Assembly: GCA_963798795.1 (NCBI GenBank)
Contig: CAWCUZ010000001.1
Span: 1,076,729-1,140,728, forward strand
Source: an uncultured Acidobacteriota bacterium
GTDB lineage: Bacteria > Acidobacteriota > Vicinamibacteria > Vicinamibacterales > SCN-69-37
Reading direction: 5' to 3'
Length of the DNA: 64,000 nt
The notes beneath the pieces are model-generated. The model had not been told where the DNA came from and made no database searches. It worked only from the letters and a program-made list of their open reading frames with translations. Position 1 is the stretch's first letter, and the number at the start of each line of letters is the position of its first letter. Shown here in pieces: positions 1-11,164 of the stretch. The position numbers and the translations under genes were made by a program.

Positions 1-1639
1 AGCACGTGCGGCCGGAACGCCTGCGCCGTCTTGACGACCAGCGACTCGGCCGGGTACGCCTTGCCGTTCACGGTGAACGGTGCGGTCGCGCGCAGCACGC
101 TGACGCCCGACTTGATGAGGGCGTTCACGAAATCCACTGCATTGTGCGAAGTCCGGCTGGTCGGACGGCATGATGTAGCCGCGCGGGTCGCGCAGCGCTT
201 TGGCCGTCAGCGCGTCGTAGAGCGCCATGTCGCCGCCCCGGCCGCCGAAGCCCCCGCCGCCGCGTCCGCCGCCGCCTCCCGCACCGCGTCCGGCGTTCGG
301 CAGCGCCGACTGGCCGCCGGCGATTTGCTCGCACACCGCCGGGTTGTCCTTGTGGACGTCCGCGCAGACGCGCGCTGCCTTGTGCGGCGTGAACGTCCAG
401 TGATCCTCGCTGCCCCACTGAATCTCGTCGCGCCCCATCTGATAGATCCGGTAGAGCAGGCTCTCGCGGTACCGCGAGGCAAAGTCGAGCACCGCGCGGT
501 TGGCCGTGATCGAGTAGTCCACCGACTGCCGGAAATGCCAGACCTGCTGCGGCTGGATCGGCCACCACCAGCTCGCCTCCGGCACGGCGAAACGCGGCGT
601 GAACGGAATCTCGCTGGGATTCGGTCCGCCGACCGTTTCGGTCAGGATGCCAATCTGGTTGTGGAAGTACGCCGTCGTGCGGAACCCGCCGTTCCACCAG
701 GTCGAGTACGGCTGTCCCTTGCGGTTGACGACGCCCGGCTTGCCCTCCTCGATGAAGCGGGCCGCCATCACGGCGCCGATCAAATCGATATCGGCCGGGA
801 TCTCCGGGTGGAAGTAGTAGTTGAACGGATCACGGAACGGCGGTGCGAACATCACCGAGCCGGCCGGCCCGGACTGGTGATGGTTGTACATGATCTGCGG
901 GATACCACTCGCGATACATCACGCGGCTGACGTTGGTCGTCTCCGGCAGCGCATTCATGAACGAATCGCGGTTGTCGTCGTGGCCGGCGTAGTGGTTCCA
1001 GAGCACGCGGCGGGTTCGTGCTGCCGTGCTGCATGTACCAGTCGGCCACCAGGTCCATGCCGTCCGGATTCGCCGGCGTGCACAGCAGGATCACGTCGTC
1101 GAGGAACCGCTGCGTTTCCGCGTCGGTGCGGGACACCATCTGGTAGACCATCTCGAGCAGCTGCTGCGCGCCCAGCGTCTCCGTGGCGTGCAGCCCGCCG
1201 TCGATCCAGACCACCGCCTTGCCCTCGCTGGCGAGCGCGTGCGCCTGATCGTCGGTCAGCCCCTCGGCGTGCGACAGCGGGCCGAGATCTGCCTGGTAGC
1301 GATCGATGTTCCGCGTAATTCTCGGGCGACGTGATGATGGCCATCAGGTGCGGCCGGCCCTTCCGCCGTTTTGCCGATCTCGACGACGTGAATCCGCGGC
1401 GAGTCCTGTTCGAGCTTGTGCCAGTACGCGATGAGCTGCTGATAGTCGGCGAGGAAATAGTCGTCGCCGAGATTGTGGCCCCATACGTCCTTGGGCGAGG
1501 TCACGCGGCCCGCCTGGGCCGGCGCGGGCGCGGCCACCGGGGCGCGCATGACCGCTCCGGGCTCGTTCCCGGCCACCAGGCCCGCGCCACTCAGCCCGAC
1601 GACCACCAACCCGACCAGGATCCACTGATACTTGCGCAT
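1..1639 (-). pseudogene. M14-family zinc carboxypeptidase, secreted. The 3' end runs off the window and the frame is broken about five times.
   Basis: Signal peptide MRKYQWILVGLVVVGLSGAG in ORF 1256..1672. Family-typical segments then lie in different minus-strand frames: VEIGKTAEG / MAIITSPENY / RNIDRYQ...VVWIDGGLHATETLGAQQLLEMVYQMV...CTPANPDGMDLVADWYMQHGS (ORF 852..1214) / RVLWNHYAGHDDNRDSFMN / QIMYNHHQSGPAGSVMFAPPFRDPFNYYFHPE...WWNGGFRTTAYFHNQIGILTE (hand translation). Shifts fall near 1350, 1315, 1010, 905 and 155. Confidence 0.8.
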
Positions 1640-1678
1640 TGCTCTGCCCTCCGAGGTGGCTAACGATAGCACGGCGCG

Positions 1679-3350
<1,672 letters not shown>

Positions 3351-3354
<4 letters not shown>

Positions 3355-5206
3355 TCGACCCTGAATCCGCCCGGCGTCCGGCTGCGCGGCACCTCCGGTA
3401 CGGGCACCTCCGGCGTGAAGTCCTCGCCGGGATTGATGAAGCGGTTGCGCTCGAAGTTGTACTGCTTCTCGTAGAGCTGGCGATACCGGCCGTCCTGGGC
3501 GAGCAGCTCCTCGTGCGTCCCCCGCTCCACGATCTCTCCGCCTTCGACGACGAGAATCTGATCCGCGCTGCGAATCGTCGACAGCCGGTGCGCGATGACG
3601 AAGGTCGTCCTCCCGCGCCGCAGCGACCGCAGGCCGTCCTGAATCATCATCTCGCTCTCGCTGTCGAGGCTCGACGTCGCCTCGTCGAGCAGGAGGATGC
3701 GCGGATTCGCCAGCATCGGCGCGCGCAATCGCCACGCGCTGCCGCTGGCCGCCCGAGAGCCGGACGCCGCGCTCGCCGACCGTCGTGTCGTACCCCTGCT
3801 CGAACCGGGTGATGAACTCGTCCGCGTGCGCGATCCGGCTCACCCGCTCGATGTCGTCGGGCGCGGCCCCCGGCCGCCCGTAGGCGATGTTCTCCGCGAT
3901 CGTCCCGTCGAACAGAAAATTGTCCTGCAGGACCACGCCCAGCTGGCGACGGTAGTCGGCCAGCCGGAGCGACGCCAGGTCGCGGCCGTCGACGCGCACC
4001 GTGCCCTGCGTCGGGCGGTTGAAGGCCATGACCAGGCTGATCAGCGTGCTCTTGCCCGATCCCGACGACCCGACGAGCGCCGTCGTCGTGCCGGCGGGCG
4101 CCCGGAAACTGACGTCCTTGAGCACCGGAACGCCCGGGCTTGTACTCGAACCAGACGTGCTCGAACTCGATGTTGCCCTCGATGTCGGCGACGGCCTGCT
4201 TGGCAAGGTCGTCGGCGTCCTCCCGGCGCCGTGCTCAGCAGTTCGTGGATGCGGTCGAGCCCGGCGAACGCCTCCGTGATCTGCGTCCCGATCGACGCAA
4301 TCTGCACGATCGGCATCGCCGTCAGCCCGGTGAAGATCACGTACTGCGCCAGCTCGCCCGAGGTCATCGTGCCGCCGGCGATCGCGCGGCCGCCCACGAT
4401 GATGATCACCACGCCGATGGCGCCGACCACGACGCTCGAGAACGACGAAAGCGCCGAGACGCCGGTCATCGATTTGGCGACATTGCGCAGCAGCTTGTGC
4501 GCGCCTTTCGTGAACACGAGGTCCTCGCGCCGCTCCGCCGTGTAGATCTTCACGACGCGCACGCCGCCGAGCGCCTGGTTGAGGCGCCCGGTGAGGTCGG
4601 CCGTGATCTTGCCGCGGTCGCGGAACAGCGGCCGCAAGGTCTTGAACGCGTAGCCCATGCCGCCGCCGAACGCCGCCAGGACGACGAGTACGGTCAGGGT
4701 GAGATGCCAGTCGATGACGAACAGCCACACGATCGCCACGCCGCCGTGACCACACTGCCGGTCAGCTGCACGAGGCCCGTGCCCACCAGGTTGCGAATGC
4801 CCTCGGCATCGTTCATCACGCGGGAGATGAGCACGCCCGTCTGGGTGCTGTCGAAGTAGCGGACCGGCAGCCGCATGACGTGCGCTTCGACCCGGCGGCG
4901 CATGTCGGTGATCGCCCGCTGGGCGGCCACGCCGAGGATCTGCGAGTTGCCGAAGGCCGTGACCGCCTGCACGACCGTGGCGCCGATCCCGGCCCAGGCG
5001 AGCTTCGGCAGGATCGACAGATCCCCGCGCACGACCACGTCGTCGACGAAGTACTTCGACAGCGCCGGCAGCACCAGACCCGACGCGCGGTTGACGAGCA
5101 TCAGGGTCAGGCCGAGCCCGAGCCGCCAGCGATGGCGCCAGACGAGCTGGCGCGCCTCCGCCCAGGCCGACGACCAGCGGACCCGGGGCTTGCGGGGTCC
5201 GTTCAT
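3351..5206 (-). pseudogene. ABC exporter, fused permease/ATPase (MsbA/ABCB type), with about four frameshifts.
   Basis: The N-terminal TMD is in ORF 4694..5251 (from MNGPRKPRVRW) and the TMD continues in ORF 4041..4739. The segment REDADDLAKQAVADIEGNIEFEHVWFEYK is in a third frame. Walker A GSSGSGKSTLISLV and [13 protein letters not shown] are inside ORF 2473..4755. The Walker B and C-terminus ([16 protein letters not shown]...AHRLSTI) are in ORF 3351..3728. Shifts fall near 4742, 4228, 4133 and 3719. Confidence 0.85.
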
Positions 5207-5328
5207 ACCGCGACGGAGGGGCAATGCCGGGGGCGACGACAGCGTGACCAACCCATCAAGGATACACGCGGCGCGCCGGCGCCTCCACGACCCGTTCGGG
5301 CAGTCTATGATCGGTCTCGGACCGCGCC

Positions 5329-6397
5329 GTGACCTCGCCCCACCCCGCTTCCCCCGCCGAGCCGGGCGGCCCGCGCGCCCCCGCCCTCGACTGGGCGGAC
5401 CTGCCCGACCAGGCGCTGCTCGCGCGGCGGTTCTGCGACCTGCCCCTGTCGATTGCGGGAGCTGGCTGGAGGCGCGCGTCAGCGACCTCTACGCGGACCT
5501 GGCCGCGCGCGGCCTGACCTTCCAGCCCCACGTCTGGCTGTCGGAGGAGTGGTTCTCGCCCGACGGCGTGCCGGGCATTGCCATTCCGTTCTACCTGGCG
5601 CATCCGCGGCTGATGCCGCCTCGAGAAGGCGCAGATGCTGGAAGTGGAGGGCGGCACGCCCGAGTGGTGCATGCAGATCCTCCGGCACGAGGCGGGCCAT
5701 GCCTTCGACAACGCCTACGCACCTCCGGCGCCGGCGCCGGCGGCTGCAGCTGTTCGGATCGCCGCGCACGCCCTACCCGGATTTCTACCTGCCAAAGCCC
5801 TACTCGAAGAGCTTCGTCCTGCACCTCGACTCGTGGTACGCGCAGAGCCATCCGGACGAGGACTTTGCGGAAACGTTCGCCGTGTGGCTGACGCCCGACA
5901 GCGACTGGCGCGCGCGATACGAGGGCTGGCCGGCGCTGCGCAAGCTGGAGCTCATGGACGATCTGATGCGCGAGATCGCCGGCCGGCCGCCCGTCGTCAC
6001 CACGCGGCGCCGGTCGTCGAGCCGATCGCCAGGCTGAAGACCACGCTCCGTCGCCACTACGCGCGCAAGCGCGAGCACTACGGCCTGGAACACCCGAACT
6101 TCTACGACCGCGACCTGCGGCGGCTCTTCTCGGCCGCCCCCGAATACCGCAAGAACCGCAAGGCCTCGCGGTTCATCCACCGCATCCGGCGCGACGTGCG
6201 ACGGCTGGTGGCGGAGTGGACCGGCGCCTACCAGTACACGATCGACCGCGTCATCGAGGACATGGTCGGGCCGCTGCGATGAGCTGAACCTGCGCCTGAA
6301 GTACCCTGAGGACCGCACCAAGCTCGACTTCACGATGCTGCTCGTCGTGCAGACGATGAACTACCTGCACTCGGGACGGCATCGGCTCGCGTTGTGA
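5329..6397 (+). pseudogene. Putative zinc-binding metallopeptidase (HExxH, Peptidase_Mx-like), with about five frameshifts.
   Basis: A continuous conserved-looking protein can be assembled across frames: WADLPDQALLARRFCDLPLSIAG / SWLEARVSDLYADLAARGLTFQPHVWLSEEWFSPDGVPGIAIPFYLAHPRLM / RLEKAQMLEVEGGTPEWCMQILRHEAGHAFDNAY / ...YLPKPYSKSFVLHLDSWYAQSHPDEDFAETFAVWL... / VVEPIARLKTTLRRHYARKREHYG...IEDMVGPL / DELNLRLKYPEDRTKLDFTMLLVVQTMNYLHSGRHRLAL. Shifts fall near 5457, 5617, 5722, 6015 and 6279. The start codon is uncertain. Confidence 0.7.
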
Positions 6398-6410
6398 TAC
6401 GGACATGGCC

Positions 6411-6571
6411 GATTCGTGATTCGTGATTCGTGATTCGTGATTTGCGATTTGCGATTTGCGATTGCTGATTGATTGAACGATTGAGTGATTGATTGAACGA
6501 TTGGCCGGCCGATTGCCGATAGCCGATAGCCGATCCGATTGACGCTTGCCGATAGGAGATTGCCGATGATC
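6411..6571. repeat. Heptamer-phased tandem array: (GATTCGT)x4, (GATTTGC)x3, then degenerate GATT/CCGATAG-type 7-mers.
   Basis: Read directly: gattcgt x4 (6411-6438), gatttgc x3 (6439-6459), then gattgct gattgat tgaacga ttgagtg attgatt gaacgat tggccgg ccgattg ccgatag ccgatag ccgatcc gattgac gcttgcc gatagga gattgcc gatgatc. The 7-nt register is kept for about 23 units up to the ATG at 6566. Confidence 0.9.
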
Positions 6572-7912
6572 TGCCTGCTCCTCCTGACCTTGTGGCCGCA
6601 GGCGCCGCAGTGGATTGACGCGTACCGGGCGCCGGCCGCGCGACTGCTGCAGGCGGCGCAGGCCGACGACCACGCGTGGCGGCGGCTCGCCGAGCTCACT
6701 GATACCTACGGCAACCGCCTGTCCGGCTCGCGCACCCTCGAGCAGGCGATCGACTGGGCCGTCGCCACCATGAAGGCTGACGGACTCGAGAACGTGCACA
6801 AGGAGCCGGTCATGGTGCCGCACTGGGTGCGCGGGCGCGAGAGCCTGACGCTGCTCTCGCCCGTCGAACAGCCGCTCGTGATGATCGGCCTCGGCAATTC
6901 GGTGGGCACGCCGGCCGGTGGCGTCGAAGGCGACGTCGTCGTCGTCGGCAGCTTCGACGACCTGCAGACGCGCGCGGCGGACGTGAAGGGCCGGATCGTG
7001 CTCTTCAACGTGCCGTTCACGAACTACGGCGAGACGGTGGTCTATCGCACGATCGGGCCGTCACGCGTGGCGCAGCTCGGAGCGATCGCCATGCTGCTGC
7101 GGTCGGTTGGGCCGCCGGGACTGCGCACACCGCACACCGGCGTCACCCACTACGCCGACGGCGTGCCGCAGATTCCCGCGGCGGCCATTCCCACCGAGGA
7201 CGCCGATCGGTTCCAGCGCTTGCAGGACCGCGGCGCACCCATCCGCGTCCGCCTGATGATGGAGGGCCGCTTCGAGCCCGATTCGCAGTCCTATAACGTC
7301 GTCGGCGAGCTGCGCGGCCGCGAGCTGCCCGACCAGGTCGTGCTCGTCGGCGGACACATCGACTCGTGGGACGTCGGCGCCGGCGCCACCGACGACGGTG
7401 GGGGGTGCATTGCCACCTGGGAGGCGGTCCGGTTGATGAAGGCGCTCAATCTGCGGCCCCGGCGAACGGTGCGCGTCGTGCTCTTCACCAACGAGGAGAA
7501 CGGCGCGCGCGGCGGCGCGGGCTACCGCGACGCACATCGCGCCGAGCTCGACAACCATCTCGTGCTGCTCGAGTCGGACGGCGGCGTGTTCAAGCCGACC
7601 GGCTTCGGGTTCACCGGTCCGGACGAGTCGAGGGCGACCGTCAGGACGATCGCGGGCCTGCTGGCGCCGATCGGCGCCACGGCCGTCCAGTCCGCCGGCG
7701 GCGGCACCGACATCGAGCCCGCCGCGACCGAGGGCCACGTCCCGATGCTCGAGCACCTGGACGAGGGCGAGTACTTCCTCATCCACCACACGCCCGCCGA
7801 CACCATCGCGCGGATCGACCCGCAGCAACTCGCGCAGAACGTCGGCGCGATCGCGGTGATGGCGTACACGACCGCCGACCTGCCGTTCCCGTTCCGGCCG
7901 GGCACGCGCTAG
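6566..7912 (+). CDS. M28-family aminopeptidase with a PA domain, secreted.
   Basis: ORF 6539..7912. It has a PA-domain stretch (GDVVVVGSFDDLQTRAADVKGRIVLFN) and M28 metal-ligand context (VVLVGGHIDSWDVGAGATDDGGG, VVLFTNEENGARGG). ATG 6566 (MICLLLLTLW) is preferred over TTG 6539. The frame is intact. Confidence 0.85.
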   Translation: MICLLLLTLWPQAPQWIDAYRAPAARLLQAAQADDHAWRRLAELTDTYGNRLSGSRTLEQAIDWAVATMKADGLENVHKEPVMVPHWVRGRESLTLLSPVEQPLVMIGLGNSVGTPAGGVEGDVVVVGSFDDLQTRAADVKGRIVLFNVPFTNYGETVVYRTIGPSRVAQLGAIAMLLRSVGPPGLRTPHTGVTHYADGVPQIPAAAIPTEDADRFQRLQDRGAPIRVRLMMEGRFEPDSQSYNVVGELRGRELPDQVVLVGGHIDSWDVGAGATDDGGGCIATWEAVRLMKALNLRPRRTVRVVLFTNEENGARGGAGYRDAHRAELDNHLVLLESDGGVFKPTGFGFTGPDESRATVRTIAGLLAPIGATAVQSAGGGTDIEPAATEGHVPMLEHLDEGEYFLIHHTPADTIARIDPQQLAQNVGAIAVMAYTTADLPFPFRPGTR

Positions 7913-7938
7913 ACGTCCGCCCGCCAATGGAGGACGGT

Positions 7939-8001
7939 CGCCGGGGCTGAAGACCCGGCGCTCCAGGGAACGGATGGAGCCCCGGGGCTGCAGCCCCGGG
8001 G
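7939..8001. terminator. Two GC-rich hairpins between convergent genes, probably a bidirectional terminator.
   Basis: A 7-bp stem cgccggg/cccggcg with a loop containing ctgaa lies at 7939-7960. A perfect 22-nt palindrome ccccggggctgcagccccgggg lies at 7980-8001. Both sit between the M28 stop (7912) and the ChaN stop (8007). Confidence 0.55.
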
Positions 8002-8006
8002 ACGCG

Positions 8007-8930
8007 TCAGTCTTCCTTCAGCGTGTAGACGAGAAAATCGGCGCGCGCGCGCTCCCTCTCGTCCGGCGCGAGCGCGTCGAGGTTGTCCACCGGCAGCACG
8101 GAAATGACGACGACGCGCCGGCCCGGGAGGCGGCGCATGGCCCGTGCGGCCGTGCCCTCGTGGAAATCGGTATGGAACGCGCCGTTGAAATGCACGACGA
8201 GCGGATACTTGCCGCCGGCCGACGCGGCCTCATAGGCCTGCGCCACCGATTCGCCCATCGTCTCGTCCTTGAGACACTGGGCGAGATAGAAGCGCTCGAG
8301 CGTCTGGCGCGCGGCGGTTGCCGCGTGCTCGTCTCCCCCTTCGGCGCCGGGATGCCCGCTCATCGCCTCGCCGAACCGCTTGAAGTAGTCGTCGTCGGTC
8401 GGACACTGCAGGTCGGCGGCGAACCATCTTCGTTCGAGTTCCGGCAGGTTCTTCAGCGCACCCAGGCCCGATTTGGACACGTCAGACGCGACCTGCCGCG
8501 GCACGTTCGTGGCGATCACGGGCCAGTCGTGCGCAATGGCCAGATCGACGAGCGGCTTGTAGTCGGTCGCATAGCGCGGCCAGGGCCGCGAATCCGCCAG
8601 GAATGCGGCCTCATCCTCATGCCCCATGGCGAAATGGTCGAGCGACTCCTGCACGTCGCGCTCGAACATCTCGAGCCCGACCGTGATGTCGGCGCGCCGG
8701 CGCGCGAGTCCTTCGAGCACCGCCAGCTCCAGCACGTGTGTGTTGGGATCGTCGTGCTGTTCGCCGACGAAGACCACGTCGGCCGTCACCAGCCGCGCCA
8801 GCATCGTCTCGAAGTCCGCGAACTGCCCGCGGGAGGTGTCGAATACGCGCTGCGGCACGTAGCGCGCCTGCGCGTGCATCACGACCCCGGCCGACACCGC
8901 CATCGCCGCCACCACGAGAAGACGTCTCAT
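8007..8930 (-). CDS. ChaN-family (haem-binding / Tiki-like) lipoprotein.
   Basis: This is the C-terminal 307 aa of ORF 8007..9122, starting at MRRLLVVAAMAVSAGVVMHA. ChaN-like motifs are present: VVFVGEQHDDPNTHVLELAVLEGL, VGLEMFERDVQ, YKPLVDLA, and HFNGAFHTDFHEGT. Confidence 0.7.
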   Translation of the reverse strand: MRRLLVVAAMAVSAGVVMHAQARYVPQRVFDTSRGQFADFETMLARLVTADVVFVGEQHDDPNTHVLELAVLEGLARRRADITVGLEMFERDVQESLDHFAMGHEDEAAFLADSRPWPRYATDYKPLVDLAIAHDWPVIATNVPRQVASDVSKSGLGALKNLPELERRWFAADLQCPTDDDYFKRFGEAMSGHPGAEGGDEHAATAARQTLERFYLAQCLKDETMGESVAQAYEAASAGGKYPLVVHFNGAFHTDFHEGTAARAMRRLPGRRVVVISVLPVDNLDALAPDERERARADFLVYTLKED

Positions 8931-8971
8931 ACGGTGACTATACGGTCCCGATGGGAGCGCGTAAACGCGTG

Positions 8972-11116
8972 TTATTTCCCAAACCGGACCTGCAGCTCGG
9001 CCCAGCCGGTCGCTTCGAGGTACTCGATGCGCAGACGATGCCGCCCGCCGTCGAGCGCGATGTGATCGACGACCGATTCGTGCACGGACCAGCGGTCGAG
9101 CGCCAGGCGTCCGTCCACCCACACGCGCACGCCATCGTCGCTGATGACGGTCATGTCGGTTGAGCCGGCCGGCAGTTGCACGTCGCCGTCGGCGCGCAGG
9201 GCGACGCGGTCGGGTGGCAGGTCCGGCGCCAGGGCGCCGCCGCTGAGGTAGTCGAGGTGACGGGCCTCGACCGTCTTGATCGGCTTGCCACGCAGGACGG
9301 CCGCGAACGCATCCGGCGCTGTCACCGGATCGGCCGTCTCGCTGTAGGTCCAGAACGACACGCGCCAGTCGACAGCCGGATCGAACTGCGTGTAGCCGAA
9401 CGGCACACGGGCACCGGCAGCATAGTGCACGCCCCGCGGCGTGACGACCTCGGCGCCGACATAGTCGAGGGTGATCGCGAGGTCCGTGCCGTCGCCGTCG
9501 ATCTGCACCGCGACATCGCCGGGGACATCACCCGACCGCGCGGTCAGGCGCCCGCCGGTGATTGACGCCAGCATCCACTGTCCGGGCGGACCGAGCACGC
9601 GGAGCTTCAGCGGCCGATCGCCCGGCCGGCCCGCGGGCCACGCCTTCGGCGACCGATAGTCGTACGGTCCCCACTCGTCGACGATGATGGCGTCGCGGCC
9701 GCGGCGGGCGCCGGCGGGAAGCCGCGCGGCCGTGGAACGCGGGCCGGGCGGCGCAGCGGGCAGGTCCGACCGCGTGGGAGGTGACGCCGGCTCGAATGCC
9801 AGCGCGCGCACGTCCGCACCCGTCTGAAGCGGCACGCCGACCCGGTCGTAGCGGTTGCCGGACACGTTGACATCGCTTGTGCGCAGCAGGTTCAGCGCGG
9901 TCTTGTTGCCGCTGAACGTGTTGCCGTCGATGGTGTAGTCGTGGCTGCGGGTGTCGCGCGTCTTCGGATAGCCCCAGTTCGGGTCCTGCGACGCGTTGGC
10001 CCACACGCGAATCGCGGTCTCGTCTCCATCGAACCGGTTGTCGGCGATGACGATGTGCTGGCCGTGCTCGATGGCGATGCCGTCGGTGTTCTTCGAGAAG
10101 CTGTTGTCGATGAAGTACGTGTCGAAGCTGTAACCGCCCCACACGCCGTGCCAGCAGTCGTCGATGCGATTGCCGAAGAACCGGTTGCGGCTGAACGTGG
10201 CCTCGATGCCGTTGGCGACCGCGTGGCTGAAGTCGTTCCCGACGAACACGTTGTCGTTCGCGCCCCCCTGCCCCGTGTCCATCGTCGACTGCCCCGCCCA
10301 CAGGAAGAGCCCGTCGCCGCCGTGCGTCGCCGAGTTGTCGGCGACGAGGTTGCGGCTCGACTGCTCGTACATCAGGAGCGCGGCCGAGTCCTGGCCGCGG
10401 TTGTAGAACCCGTGGCTGTATCCGCGCACATCCCAGTCGAGACGGTTGCGCGCGATGGTGCTGTCGGTCGTCCGATAGAGGCCGATGCCCAGCCCCGACA
10501 TCCACGAGAAGGTGTTGTCGGTGACGGTCAGGCGCGCCGACCGCGTGACCATCAGGCCGTTCTGCCCCTGGACGGCGGTGTTGCCGCTGACCTCGGCTTC
10601 GTCGCAATCGGCCAGGTAGACGGCGGCGCCGTAGCGCAGCCACTGGTCGTGTTCGTTGTCGTGGTGCGTGAGCCAGTCGACGAGGCTCTCCTTTTCGATG
10701 CCGCTCCACAGCCGCGCCTTCCAGTTGTAGCTGAAGTCGTTGTCGACGAGGTGCAGGCGCGGCGAGTGCCGGCCGAGCACGGCGACCTTGTAGCCGCGGA
10801 CCGCGGCGTGGCGAATCGTGACGTCGGCTCCGCCCTCGACCAGGATACCGGTGCCCGAGTAGCCGTCCGGCTCCGCGATCGGATCGCCGCCTTCGATCGT
10901 GACGCCGGTGAAATCGACAACGACGTGTTCGCCGCGAACGGTGATGGCGGGCGTGTCGACATCGGCGCTGGCGAGCCGATAGGTGCCCGGGCGAATCCTG
11001 ACCGAGTGGTCGATGACCATGCCGCCGACCGGCGTGACGAGCGGCGGCGCTTGACGCGCGCTCGCCACCGCGCCGGCGGCGACCAGGCCCGCGACGGTCA
11101 GCAGTCGAAGTCTCAT
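8972..11116 (-). CDS. Secreted right-handed parallel beta-helix repeat protein with a C-terminal PA14-like domain.
   Basis: ORF of 714 aa with signal peptide MRLRLLTVAGLVAAGAVASA. It carries repeated NxxxxN/G beta-helix turns (VSGNTAVQGQNGLMV, VTDNTFSWMSGLGIGL, ADNSATHGGDGLFLW, VGNDFSHAVANGIEA). The C-terminal part (VISDDGVRVWVDGRLALDRWSVHESVVDHIALDGGRHRLRIEYLEATGWAELQVRF) is PA14-like. The frame is intact. Confidence 0.75.
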   Translation of the reverse strand: MRLRLLTVAGLVAAGAVASARQAPPLVTPVGGMVIDHSVRIRPGTYRLASADVDTPAITVRGEHVVVDFTGVTIEGGDPIAEPDGYSGTGILVEGGADVTIRHAAVRGYKVAVLGRHSPRLHLVDNDFSYNWKARLWSGIEKESLVDWLTHHDNEHDQWLRYGAAVYLADCDEAEVSGNTAVQGQNGLMVTRSARLTVTDNTFSWMSGLGIGLYRTTDSTIARNRLDWDVRGYSHGFYNRGQDSAALLMYEQSSRNLVADNSATHGGDGLFLWAGQSTMDTGQGGANDNVFVGNDFSHAVANGIEATFSRNRFFGNRIDDCWHGVWGGYSFDTYFIDNSFSKNTDGIAIEHGQHIVIADNRFDGDETAIRVWANASQDPNWGYPKTRDTRSHDYTIDGNTFSGNKTALNLLRTSDVNVSGNRYDRVGVPLQTGADVRALAFEPASPPTRSDLPAAPPGPRSTAARLPAGARRGRDAIIVDEWGPYDYRSPKAWPAGRPGDRPLKLRVLGPPGQWMLASITGGRLTARSGDVPGDVAVQIDGDGTDLAITLDYVGAEVVTPRGVHYAAGARVPFGYTQFDPAVDWRVSFWTYSETADPVTAPDAFAAVLRGKPIKTVEARHLDYLSGGALAPDLPPDRVALRADGDVQLPAGSTDMTVISDDGVRVWVDGRLALDRWSVHESVVDHIALDGGRHRLRIEYLEATGWAELQVRFGK

Positions 11117-11164
11117 GGGAGGGCTACTCTAACCGGGCCCCAACCGGGCTCGTCGAACGCCGCC

